A program made the translations under genes and the position numbers. Below, one piece after another: positions 28,703-36,694 of a stretch of DNA of 64,000 nt. The stretch's first letter is position 1; every line of letters starts with the position of its first letter. The DNA is from Candidatus Eiseniibacteriota bacterium (GTDB lineage Bacteria > Eisenbacteria > RBG-16-71-46). The DNA lies in contig JANMQY010000058.1 of assembly GCA_031370785.1 (NCBI GenBank), positions 1 to 64,000 of the forward strand, written 5' to 3'. A model generated the notes under the pieces. It was not told the origin of the DNA and did not search any database. It saw only the letters and a program-made list of their open reading frames with translations.

Positions 28703-29586
28703 GCGAATCCGGACCCCGCGTGATCGCCATCAGCGGTGCACGCGGGTTCGTGGCCTCGCATCTCATCCCGCGCCTGATGGCGGCGGGGAGTCCGGTCATC
28801 GGCATCGTGCGTCCGGGACGCGATGCCTCGGCGCTCGAGTCGGCTGGGGTCCAAGTCCGACGCGCGGACCTGAGCGATCCGGCGGCGTCGCGCGTCACGT
28901 TCCTGGGCGCGGATGCGCTGGTCCATCTCTCCGGAATCGCACAGGTGCCGCGCTTTCTCGACGCGCTCGAGTCGGCGGGAGTGCGGCGCGCGATCTTCGT
29001 GGGCTCGGCAGGTGTCTATACCCGGCTCGCCAGCTCCGGAGCCGACGCGAAGCGCGCCGGCGAAGCGCGGCTCGCCGCTTCGAATACGGCCTGGACGATC
29101 CTGCGTCCGAGCATGATCTACGGCACTCCGGCCGATCGGAACCTGGCGCGCCTGCTGCGCTGGCTGCGCCGTTCGCCACTGGTGCCGGTGCCCGGCGGTG
29201 GGAGCACGCCGCAGCAGCCGGTGCACGTCGAGGATCTGTGCGCAGCGATCGAAGCCGCGCTCGATCGGCCCCAGAGCGCTGGTCACGCCTATGACGTGGG
29301 CGGACCCGAAGCGCTTGCACTCGCCGAGCTGATCCGGATCTCGGGCGCGGCGCTCGGCGTGCGCGCGTTTCCGGTTCGGCTGCCGCTCGCGCCGGCGCAT
29401 CTGGCGGCGCGAGCCGCACGAGCGCTCCGCGTGCCGTTCCCGGTGAGCCCGGAGCAGCTGCTGCGCCTGGCCGAGTCCAAGGCGGTCGACATCGCGCCCG
29501 CAATGCGCGACCTCGAGTTCAGGCCGCGCTCGTTCGAGGAGGGCATCGCCGCCGAAGCGCGCGCGATTCTGGCGCTCGAGCCGTGA
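28699..29586 (+). CDS. NAD-dependent epimerase/dehydratase (atypical SDR)
   Basis: GARGFVAS Rossmann motif, WTILRPSMIYG, QPVHVEDL; GTG overlaps upstream TGA. Confidence 0.85.
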   Translation: MSESGPRVIAISGARGFVASHLIPRLMAAGSPVIGIVRPGRDASALESAGVQVRRADLSDPAASRVTFLGADALVHLSGIAQVPRFLDALESAGVRRAIFVGSAGVYTRLASSGADAKRAGEARLAASNTAWTILRPSMIYGTPADRNLARLLRWLRRSPLVPVPGGGSTPQQPVHVEDLCAAIEAALDRPQSAGHAYDVGGPEALALAELIRISGAALGVRAFPVRLPLAPAHLAARAARALRVPFPVSPEQLLRLAESKAVDIAPAMRDLEFRPRSFEEGIAAEARAILALEP

Positions 29587-29716
29587 TCGCGCGGCGGCGT
29601 GGGCGGGGTGCCCGATGACTCGTGGGGACCCCCGTCGCTCCCCACCCTTCCGGAAGACCCCACCGCTCCTGGCCCCACTCGCCATCGGGCACCCCGCCCA
29701 CGCCGCCGCGCGATCA
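29584..29716. repeat. 133-bp element with perfect 34-bp inverted arms (REPIN/MITE-like)
   Basis: 29584-29617 TGATCGCGCGGCGGCGTGGGCGGGGTGCCCGATG is the exact reverse complement of 29683-29716. Confidence 0.9.
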
Positions 29717-30172
29717 AGGCAGGCGCGCGACCTCGCGCAGCGCGGGGTCGTTCAGAACGAGCGATGGCACTCCCGCGTTCGAGAGCCCCATTCCGATCCG
29801 CGTCCGGCCGGTCGAGTCCGCCATCTGGAGGGTCGGGGTGCCCAGCGAGTTCACCCACAATTGGACGCGGTCCTGGCCTTCCCGCCCGGTCATACGCAGC
29901 ACGATGTCGCCTTCGCTGCGAACGAACAACATCGCCCGCGCCTTTCCAGCGGTGTCGTTGAGCCGCACCTGCGGAGTGCCGTCGCCGGCAATCTCGAAGG
30001 CGCCCCGATTGACACCATCGGCGCCGCGCAGCGCGAACCGTGTCCCCTCGAAGCTAGGATCAGCGGGAAGGAGGCGCCACGCCACGATCAGTAAGAAGCC
30101 CATCGTGAGGGCGGCGGTGAGCGCGAACAGCCTGCGATTCTGCCTCTCCAGCTTCTCGATCCGGTCGAGCAC
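29714..30172 (-). CDS. Hypothetical membrane-anchored protein with four 23-aa beta-rich repeats
   Basis: GAGGAGG SD then GTG at 30172; coiled-coil-like N-terminus, one TM, repeats hxhxD/GxxGxxRxxhxhxxxGxP. Confidence 0.75.
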   Translation of the reverse strand: MLDRIEKLERQNRRLFALTAALTMGFLLIVAWRLLPADPSFEGTRFALRGADGVNRGAFEIAGDGTPQVRLNDTAGKARAMLFVRSEGDIVLRMTGREGQDRVQLWVNSLGTPTLQMADSTGRTRIGMGLSNAGVPSLVLNDPALREVARLP

Positions 30173-30365
30173 GGTTTTCCTCCTCACTTCTACAAAAAGG
30201 TTGGGTTCGGGAGCGCAACGCACCTTAGCACCCCCCCGGACGGCGTCGCGGGATGGAAGGGGAGTGGGACCCGACGCAACGTGAACCGATCCTCCCGGCT
30301 GGGGTGTGCCCGCGGGGGCGGTCGGGGCTCCGATCGCGCGACGTAACCCGTTCCAGGTCCGATTC

Positions 30366-30395
30366 TTGACAGCAATTTCCACAGCCGCCTAATAT
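30366..30395 (+). promoter_or_regulatory. Near-consensus sigma70 promoter upstream of the polysaccharide locus
   Basis: TTGACA-N18-TAATAT. Confidence 0.45.
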
Positions 30396-30500
30396 GTCTG
30401 TGCAAGACCGGGCCCGAAGGGTCGCGCGGCGCCACCGGTCCCACTGAATTCCGGGTCGAAATCTGGCCCTGGGGCCGGGGTTCCAGCGGCACCTTCCGAT

Positions 30501-30516
30501 CGGCGCGGCGCTTGCT
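30501..30516 (+). promoter_or_regulatory. Putative sigma54 (-24/-12) promoter
   Basis: CGGCGCGGCGCTTGCT: GG-N10-GC with TTGCT, compare TGGCACG-N4-TTGCW; the locus encodes a sigma54 activator. Confidence 0.5.
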
Positions 30517-30701
30517 TTGCTAGGACGCATTGCAACTTCCTATAGTGGATTCCACCTGAAGCCCTTCCGGATCCCTGCGCACCCATGGCCCGCCGCTCTC
30601 GCTGGGCGCAATGGTGGTCCTTCGGCCGGCCGAAGCTCCAGACCGTCCCAGATGAATTTCGAACTCGGAGGGGCGGCCCCTCGGCCGCCGGGATCGATTC
30701 G

Positions 30702-33314
30702 ATGGGCCTGAAGAAAGCGCCGCGCACACTGGTCCTGACCCTCGGATACGCGCTGCTCCTGCAGCTCGCGTATCTGGCGGCACTGGTGCTGCGTTTCGAG
30801 GGCGTCATCCCGCCACACTACTGGACCGGGTACCTCATGGTCGCCCCGTGGTTCACGGCGCTCTCGCTGCTGGGATTCCTGCTCTCGGGTCTCTACCACG
30901 GCCTGTGGCGCTATGCGAGCACGGTCACCCTGTTCCAGATCTGCAAGGGTGTGACGCTCAGCGCCGCATCGCTGGTAGCGATCATGCTGTTCAGCCCCGA
31001 GGCGCTGTTCCCGCGCAGCCTGATCGTCATGGTGTGGCTGTGGGAGCTGGTGCTGATCGGCGGTGTGCGCTTCGCGTGGCGCCTGTCGCGCGAGCGCGTG
31101 CTGGGCCGCACGCCGAGCCGCGCGCTACGCACCCTCGTCGTCGGCGCCGACCACACCGGCGTGCACCTGATCCAGGAAATGCGTCGCGCCCCGGACGGCC
31201 CCGAGATGCTCACGCCGGTCGGGTTCATCGACGACGACGGGCGGCTCACCGGGCACCTGATCGAAGGGATCAAGGTGCTCGGCACCATCGCCGACCTGCC
31301 GCGCGTTCTGCTCGAGCGCCGCGCCGAGATGGTGATCGTCTCGGACCCCGACATGCCGGCCAAGGTCGTGCGCGAGATCGCTCGCTTCTGCGCCGAGGCC
31401 AACGTCCAGATCAAGACCCTGCCCGGGCTCTCCAGCCTGCAGCAGGGACGCAGCGCGCTTTCGCAGGTGCGCGAAATGCGCATCGAGGACCTTCTCGGGC
31501 GCCAGCCGGTCCAGCTCGACCTGGACGAAGTCGGAGAATTCCTGCGCGGACAGCGCGTGCTGGTGACCGGCGCGGGCGGCTCGATCGGCTCGGAGCTGGC
31601 GCGCCAGATCGCGACCTTCGGCGCGACCGAGATGATCCTGCTCGACCATGCCGAGAACGGCCTCTACTACGTCCAGCACGAGTTGCTCGCGCAGCACCCG
31701 GGACTGACGCTGCACGTGGTGGTCGCCGACATCAAGGACTTCGAAGGCGTCGAGGCGGTCTTCGACCGCTTCCACCCGACCGTGGTGTTCCACGCCGCGG
31801 CGCACAAGCACGTGCCGCTGCTCGAGGCCAATCCGCGCGAGGCGGTGCTCAACAACATCGTCGGCACGCGCCATCTGGTGCAGGCGGCGGACCGTCACGG
31901 CGTGCGCAAGTTCGTGCTGATCTCGACCGACAAGGCGGTGAATCCGAGCAGCGTCATGGGCGCTTCGAAGCGGGTATGCGAGATGCTGCTGCAGAGCCGC
32001 TCACAACTGAGCCTCACCCGGTTCGTGGCGGTGCGGTTCGGCAACGTGCTCGGCAGCGACGGCTCGGTGATCCCGCTGTTCCAGCGCCAGCTCGCGCGCG
32101 GCGGTCCGATTACGGTCACCCATCCCGAAACGCGCCGCTATTTCATGACCATCCCCGAGGCGGTGCGACTGGTGCTGCAGGCCGGCGCGATGGGCAAGGG
32201 CGGAGAGGTGTTCCTGCTCGACATGGGCGAGCAGGTGAGGATCGTGGACCTGGCGCGCCAGCTCATCCGCATGGCCGGGCTGCGTGAAGGCGAAGACATC
32301 GAGATCGTGTTCACGGGCCTGAGGCCGGGCGAAAAACTCTACGAGGAACTGCACAGCGACGCGGAGCAGACCCGCATCACCCGGCACGAGCGCATCCTGG
32401 TCTGGGATCTCGACGCACGTGACGAGCCCAGCCTGCTCGCCGAGGTCGCCGATCTGGAACGCATGGCTCAGAAGGCCGACGCCCAGTCGATCAAGCGCGG
32501 GCTGCAGAGACTGGTGCCCGAGTACCTCGAGCCGCGCTACGACCCGATCGAGACCGTGCCGGCCACTCCGGTGGTCGAGCTGCCGGCCGCGGTCGCGCCG
32601 GTGCGCACCCCCGCGCCCAGGCGCGATTGGCCGGATGCGGCACGCGGAGTCGCCGAGGGCGCGGTCGCGGTTGCGGCGCTCGCGCTGTCGTCGCCGCTAT
32701 GGCTGCTGCTCACGCTCGAGGCGCGCCAGCGCGGAGAGCGCGAGATCCTGGTGCGCGAGCTGCGGGTGGGCAGGACCCGGCGCCGCGCCCACCGCCGCGG
32801 CGGAAGGCAGGAAACCCCGATCGATCGTCGCAGCATCGAACGCCGGACTCAGGATCTGCTCGGTGAGCCGGTGGCGTGCGACCGGTTTCGCACCGACTTG
32901 GGGCCCGTCAGTCGCTGGGTGCAGCGCCGCCGGCTCGAGACGCTGCCGTTCATGCTCAACGTGTTGCGTGGAGAGATGGCACTGGTCGGGCCGTCTCCGG
33001 AGCGGGAGGACTCGGTGCTGCGCTGGAAGGACATGATTCCGGAATACGAGCGCCGCTTCACGATTCTGCCCGGTGTGACCGGGCTGGCGCAGATCGCGGA
33101 GTGCACGCAGATCGATCTGAAGGGCGTCGCGCGCCGGGTGCAGTACGACCTGCACTACATCGATCACCGCTCGGTGCTTCTCGACCTGCGCACCCTGGTG
33201 CGCACCGTTGTGGTTGTGCTGCGACACCCGCGCCGCGCCTTCACCGGCCCCGCGGCGCCGGGCATTACCGAAGTGCCGGCCCATCCATCCGCGGTCAAAG
33301 GAGTGACGCAATGA
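30702..33314 (+). CDS. PglF/CapD/WbpM-type nucleotide-sugar 4,6-dehydratase fused to a degenerate C-terminal phosphoglycosyl transferase domain
   Basis: 4 N-terminal TMs, GFIDDD, IEDLLGR, GAGGSIGSEL, HAAAHKHVP, STDKA, MGASK, RFGNVLGS, GLRPGEKLYEEL; tail NVLRGEMALVGP..PGVTGLAQI..DLHYI; start uncertain (30585 or 30702). Confidence 0.88.
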   Translation: MGLKKAPRTLVLTLGYALLLQLAYLAALVLRFEGVIPPHYWTGYLMVAPWFTALSLLGFLLSGLYHGLWRYASTVTLFQICKGVTLSAASLVAIMLFSPEALFPRSLIVMVWLWELVLIGGVRFAWRLSRERVLGRTPSRALRTLVVGADHTGVHLIQEMRRAPDGPEMLTPVGFIDDDGRLTGHLIEGIKVLGTIADLPRVLLERRAEMVIVSDPDMPAKVVREIARFCAEANVQIKTLPGLSSLQQGRSALSQVREMRIEDLLGRQPVQLDLDEVGEFLRGQRVLVTGAGGSIGSELARQIATFGATEMILLDHAENGLYYVQHELLAQHPGLTLHVVVADIKDFEGVEAVFDRFHPTVVFHAAAHKHVPLLEANPREAVLNNIVGTRHLVQAADRHGVRKFVLISTDKAVNPSSVMGASKRVCEMLLQSRSQLSLTRFVAVRFGNVLGSDGSVIPLFQRQLARGGPITVTHPETRRYFMTIPEAVRLVLQAGAMGKGGEVFLLDMGEQVRIVDLARQLIRMAGLREGEDIEIVFTGLRPGEKLYEELHSDAEQTRITRHERILVWDLDARDEPSLLAEVADLERMAQKADAQSIKRGLQRLVPEYLEPRYDPIETVPATPVVELPAAVAPVRTPAPRRDWPDAARGVAEGAVAVAALALSSPLWLLLTLEARQRGEREILVRELRVGRTRRRAHRRGGRQETPIDRRSIERRTQDLLGEPVACDRFRTDLGPVSRWVQRRRLETLPFMLNVLRGEMALVGPSPEREDSVLRWKDMIPEYERRFTILPGVTGLAQIAECTQIDLKGVARRVQYDLHYIDHRSVLLDLRTLVRTVVVVLRHPRRAFTGPAAPGITEVPAHPSAVKGVTQ

Positions 33315-34279
33315 TCTGCAGAACCTGGCAGCTGTTCGTGGTGACCGCGTTGCTCGCGCTCACTGCGTTGCTCGCGCCACCCGCGGCTCGCGCCGAAGAA
33401 TACGTGCTCGGCCCCGACGATGTGATCGCGGTCTCGGTATGGGGGCACCCCGAGCTAGAGCGCACCGTGTCAGTGGGAAGCGATGGCAACATCACCTTCG
33501 CTCCGATCGGCGAGGTCAAGGCCGTGGGCCAGACGACCAAGCAGCTGGCCGACCGGCTCGGTGACCGGCTCTCGCAATACCTGCGCGTGACCGCACAGGT
33601 CACGATCACGGTCAAGGAGTTCCTGAGCCACAGCGTCTACGTCTCGGGCGCGGTGGCGCGCCCGAGCCGATATGGCTTCGAAAGGATTCCGAACCTGGTG
33701 GACGTGATCAGCCAGGCGGGCGGTGCGGTGCCGGGCGCGGACCTCGCGAACGTGCAGGTGGTGCGCCGTGAAGGTGATGCACGCCGCACGCTGCCCGCTG
33801 ATGTCGCGAGCGCATTGCGTGACGGCGTGATCGCGAATCTGCCCACCCTCAAGCCGGGCGACACCGTGATCGTGCCCGCGGGCGCGCTGGGAACCGGCTC
33901 ATTCGCCGCGAGCGACGGGGTGGGCGTGCTGGGCGAGGTGGCGCGCCCGGGCGTGTATCCCGCGACCGGTGGGCAGGACCTGTGGGTGATCCTGGCCGGC
34001 GCCGGCGGGCTCACTCCGCGCGGCAACCTGTCCGACGTGCGGGTCGTGACCCGTCAGGGGCAGTCGCAGGCGGTGGTCAGCCTCAACCTCAAGGACGTGC
34101 TGAGGCATGGCTCGCGCTCGGCGTTCGTGGTCAAGCCGGGCGATATCGTGTTCGTCTCCTCGACCGGGTCGAGCGCGATGGGCCGCGCCTTCAACGCCTT
34201 TGCGCAGACGCTGCCGCTGGCGGTCGAAGTGCTCAACATCGTGGTGCTGTCCGACGTGCTCAAGAGGAATCGCAACTAA
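33311..34279 (+). CDS. Polysaccharide export protein (Wza/SLBB domains)
   Basis: Signal peptide, YVLGPDD, DGNITFAPIG, VYVSGAV, two SLBB repeats (LKPGD, VKPGD). Confidence 0.88.
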   Translation: MICRTWQLFVVTALLALTALLAPPAARAEEYVLGPDDVIAVSVWGHPELERTVSVGSDGNITFAPIGEVKAVGQTTKQLADRLGDRLSQYLRVTAQVTITVKEFLSHSVYVSGAVARPSRYGFERIPNLVDVISQAGGAVPGADLANVQVVRREGDARRTLPADVASALRDGVIANLPTLKPGDTVIVPAGALGTGSFAASDGVGVLGEVARPGVYPATGGQDLWVILAGAGGLTPRGNLSDVRVVTRQGQSQAVVSLNLKDVLRHGSRSAFVVKPGDIVFVSSTGSSAMGRAFNAFAQTLPLAVEVLNIVVLSDVLKRNRN

Positions 34280-36513
34280 TGGACGCGAGGCTTCCCGCCA
34301 CTCCACCGCTCGATCCGGGCGAGCTGCTGCGCGTCCTCCTTCGGCGCAAGTGGCTGCTGCTGCTGCCATGGACGGTGGCGATCATTGCCGGGGTTTCCGC
34401 GGCATTCCTGCTCAAACCGATCTATTTCAGCTCGGTCACCCTCCAGTTCGAACGCCCGCAACAGCTCACCGGGACACTGGGCGGCATCGGTGGCGGCGCG
34501 CAGAGCGCCGACCAGCAGGCGAGCCTGATGCGCGGGCAGGTGCAGAGCAGCCTGTTCATGCGCAACGTGCTCATCGCGAGCGGCGTCAAGAGTGACCCAA
34601 CCACGCGCGCCTGGGCGCTTCAGCACGTGAGCCGCTATCCGGGGCTGCCGAAGGACGACGCGGTCGAGGCCTTCCTCATCGACTACCTGCGCGACGCGGT
34701 CTCCATCAAGGCTGCGCGCGGCGACTTCCTGCAGATCGTGGTCGGGGACTACACGCCGGACCGGGCCAGGAAGTTCGCGGAGGCGATGGCCAATCAGTTC
34801 GTCGTCTCCTCCAAGGCCTCCCAGCTCGAGGCGGTGCGCGCGACCCAGGAATTCAGCATCGAGCAGCAGCAGGTCTACAAGCACAAGCTCGAGGAGAGCG
34901 AATCGCGGCTCGAGGCCGCGCGGCGCTCCGCACTCGGCAGCTCCATGGCCGGCTCGTCGGTGAGCCCGACCAATCTGCCGCAGGCCCGCGCGCTGCTCGA
35001 CCAGACCGAAGGCGAACTCGAGGACCAGCGCCAGAAGGTGCGCACGCTGCGCGCTCAGCTCAACGGCAAGGCGCGCGAGAACGACCCGTCGACATTGGGG
35101 AGCCCCGAGGTCACCAGCATGCTCGGCCAGCTGTCGGGGCTCGAGCGGCAGCTCGGCCTCGCGATGGTCAGCGGCAGCAACGACGCATCGATACGCATCC
35201 AGCTCGCGCGCAAGAGCGCGGAGCTCGAGGAACAGCTCGGGACCAACGCGGTGCGCGCGCTGCCGAGCCTCCCCTCGGACACCCACGACCTGCTGGTGCG
35301 CCTTCGCATGGCGCAGGCCGCGGCCCAGGGAACCGAGGCGCGGCGCGCGGCGATCGCGGGACAGGTCGGCGCGTTCCAGAGCCAGGTGTACTCCGCCCCG
35401 AATCGCGAGCTCGAAGTGGCGCGCGTGCAGCAGGAGGTGGACAACAACCGAGCGCTCTACAACTCGTTTCTGCAGCAGTCGGCCTCCGCGCAGATCGCGG
35501 AGGCATTCGAGAATGCCAAGATCAGCGGGCGCTTCATCGTGATCGATCCGGCCAATCGTCCACTGTCGCCCGGCAAGCCGAACCGGCTGATGCTCATCCT
35601 GCTCTCGTTCATCGCCGGCGGTATCATCGGAGTTGGCGCGGTGCTGGTCGCGGAACAGCACGACCAGTCCATGAAGAACGCGGAAGACGTGGAGAACCTG
35701 CTCGGGTTGCCGGTGCTGGGCGCGATCCCGCGCGTGGAAGAACTGGAGCGTTCGCGCCGGCGCACGAAGAGCGCCCCGGCCGCGGTGCCCGGCGTCCCCG
35801 GACCGCGCGAGCATGGGCTGCTCCACCGGCTCAAGGTCGAAAGCCCGCTCGGGCTCGAATTCCGTCGGGTGTTCCTCAAGCTGGCGAGGACCCGCGGAAA
35901 AGCGCTGCCACACACCCTGATGATCACCAGCGCCACGCGCGGCGAAGGCAAGACCACGACCAGCGCCTCGCTCGGCATTACCATGGCGCGCGAGCTGAAG
36001 GAGAAGGTGCTGCTCGTCGATTTCGACCTCCGCAGCCCGTCCCTGCATCGGGCGCTCGGGCTGCCGAGCAGCAGCTGGGGCCTCGCGCAGATGCTGGCGC
36101 AGCGCAATTTCGACGAACGTTTCATCCGCTCCACCGTGCTCCCGAACCTGGACTTCCTCGCGGCCGGCAAGAGCGAGCGCCCGGCGGCCGAGCTGGTGGA
36201 TCTGTCGACGGTCGAGTGGTTCCTGAACGAGGCGGCATCCCGCTACGCGCTGGTGCTGATCGATGCCCCGCCGAATCTCGCGGTTCCCGACCCGCTCATT
36301 CTCGGCCGCGCGGTCGAAGGCGTGCTGTACGTGATCAAGGCCGGGAGCACGGTGCGCAAGGCGGCCGAATACGGCGTGAAGGTGCAGCGCGAGGCACGCG
36401 ACAATGTGCTCGGCGTGCTGCTGAACGACATCGGCGAGATCCTTCCCCACTACTACGGCTACCGCTACAACGCGTACGGTTACAGCAACGAGGTGGCGGG
36501 AGGAGAATCCTGA
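34279..36513 (+). CDS. Wzc-like polysaccharide co-polymerase/BY tyrosine kinase
   Basis: Two TMs around a coiled coil; SATRGEGKTT, LLVDFDLR, LIDAPP, C-terminal HYYGYRYNAYGY. Confidence 0.93.
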   Translation: MDARLPATPPLDPGELLRVLLRRKWLLLLPWTVAIIAGVSAAFLLKPIYFSSVTLQFERPQQLTGTLGGIGGGAQSADQQASLMRGQVQSSLFMRNVLIASGVKSDPTTRAWALQHVSRYPGLPKDDAVEAFLIDYLRDAVSIKAARGDFLQIVVGDYTPDRARKFAEAMANQFVVSSKASQLEAVRATQEFSIEQQQVYKHKLEESESRLEAARRSALGSSMAGSSVSPTNLPQARALLDQTEGELEDQRQKVRTLRAQLNGKARENDPSTLGSPEVTSMLGQLSGLERQLGLAMVSGSNDASIRIQLARKSAELEEQLGTNAVRALPSLPSDTHDLLVRLRMAQAAAQGTEARRAAIAGQVGAFQSQVYSAPNRELEVARVQQEVDNNRALYNSFLQQSASAQIAEAFENAKISGRFIVIDPANRPLSPGKPNRLMLILLSFIAGGIIGVGAVLVAEQHDQSMKNAEDVENLLGLPVLGAIPRVEELERSRRRTKSAPAAVPGVPGPREHGLLHRLKVESPLGLEFRRVFLKLARTRGKALPHTLMITSATRGEGKTTTSASLGITMARELKEKVLLVDFDLRSPSLHRALGLPSSSWGLAQMLAQRNFDERFIRSTVLPNLDFLAAGKSERPAAELVDLSTVEWFLNEAASRYALVLIDAPPNLAVPDPLILGRAVEGVLYVIKAGSTVRKAAEYGVKVQREARDNVLGVLLNDIGEILPHYYGYRYNAYGYSNEVAGGES

Positions 36514-36694
36514 GATTTGCCCGTGGGCCAGGGCCGGTGCGCCGGATCTCGTCCGGGCCCGGTTCGACCTCCGGTGAGCGCTCCGATGCGCGATCGTTTC
36601 GCGTGCCGCGCGCCGCACCCGGCGCGCACCCGGCGCGGGAGACGGTGAGGAGCCGCGGAGGAGCGATCCGCCGCGGGTTCGTCGGAGGAACGTC

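Noticed and set aside
27038..29716. Possible island integrated at tRNA-Glu
   Set aside because: No integrase, no duplicated tRNA 3' end seen, no obvious compositional shift
30400..30490. Hairpin-rich leader considered as a c-di-GMP riboswitch
   Set aside because: Conserved GEMM motifs (GGCAAAC..GAAA..GACGCAAAG) not found
36514..36694. Intergenic hairpin and tandem CGCACCCGGCG x2 between wzc and wzx
   Set aside because: Only two short GC-rich copies; no recognisable ops/JUMPstart or RNA motif
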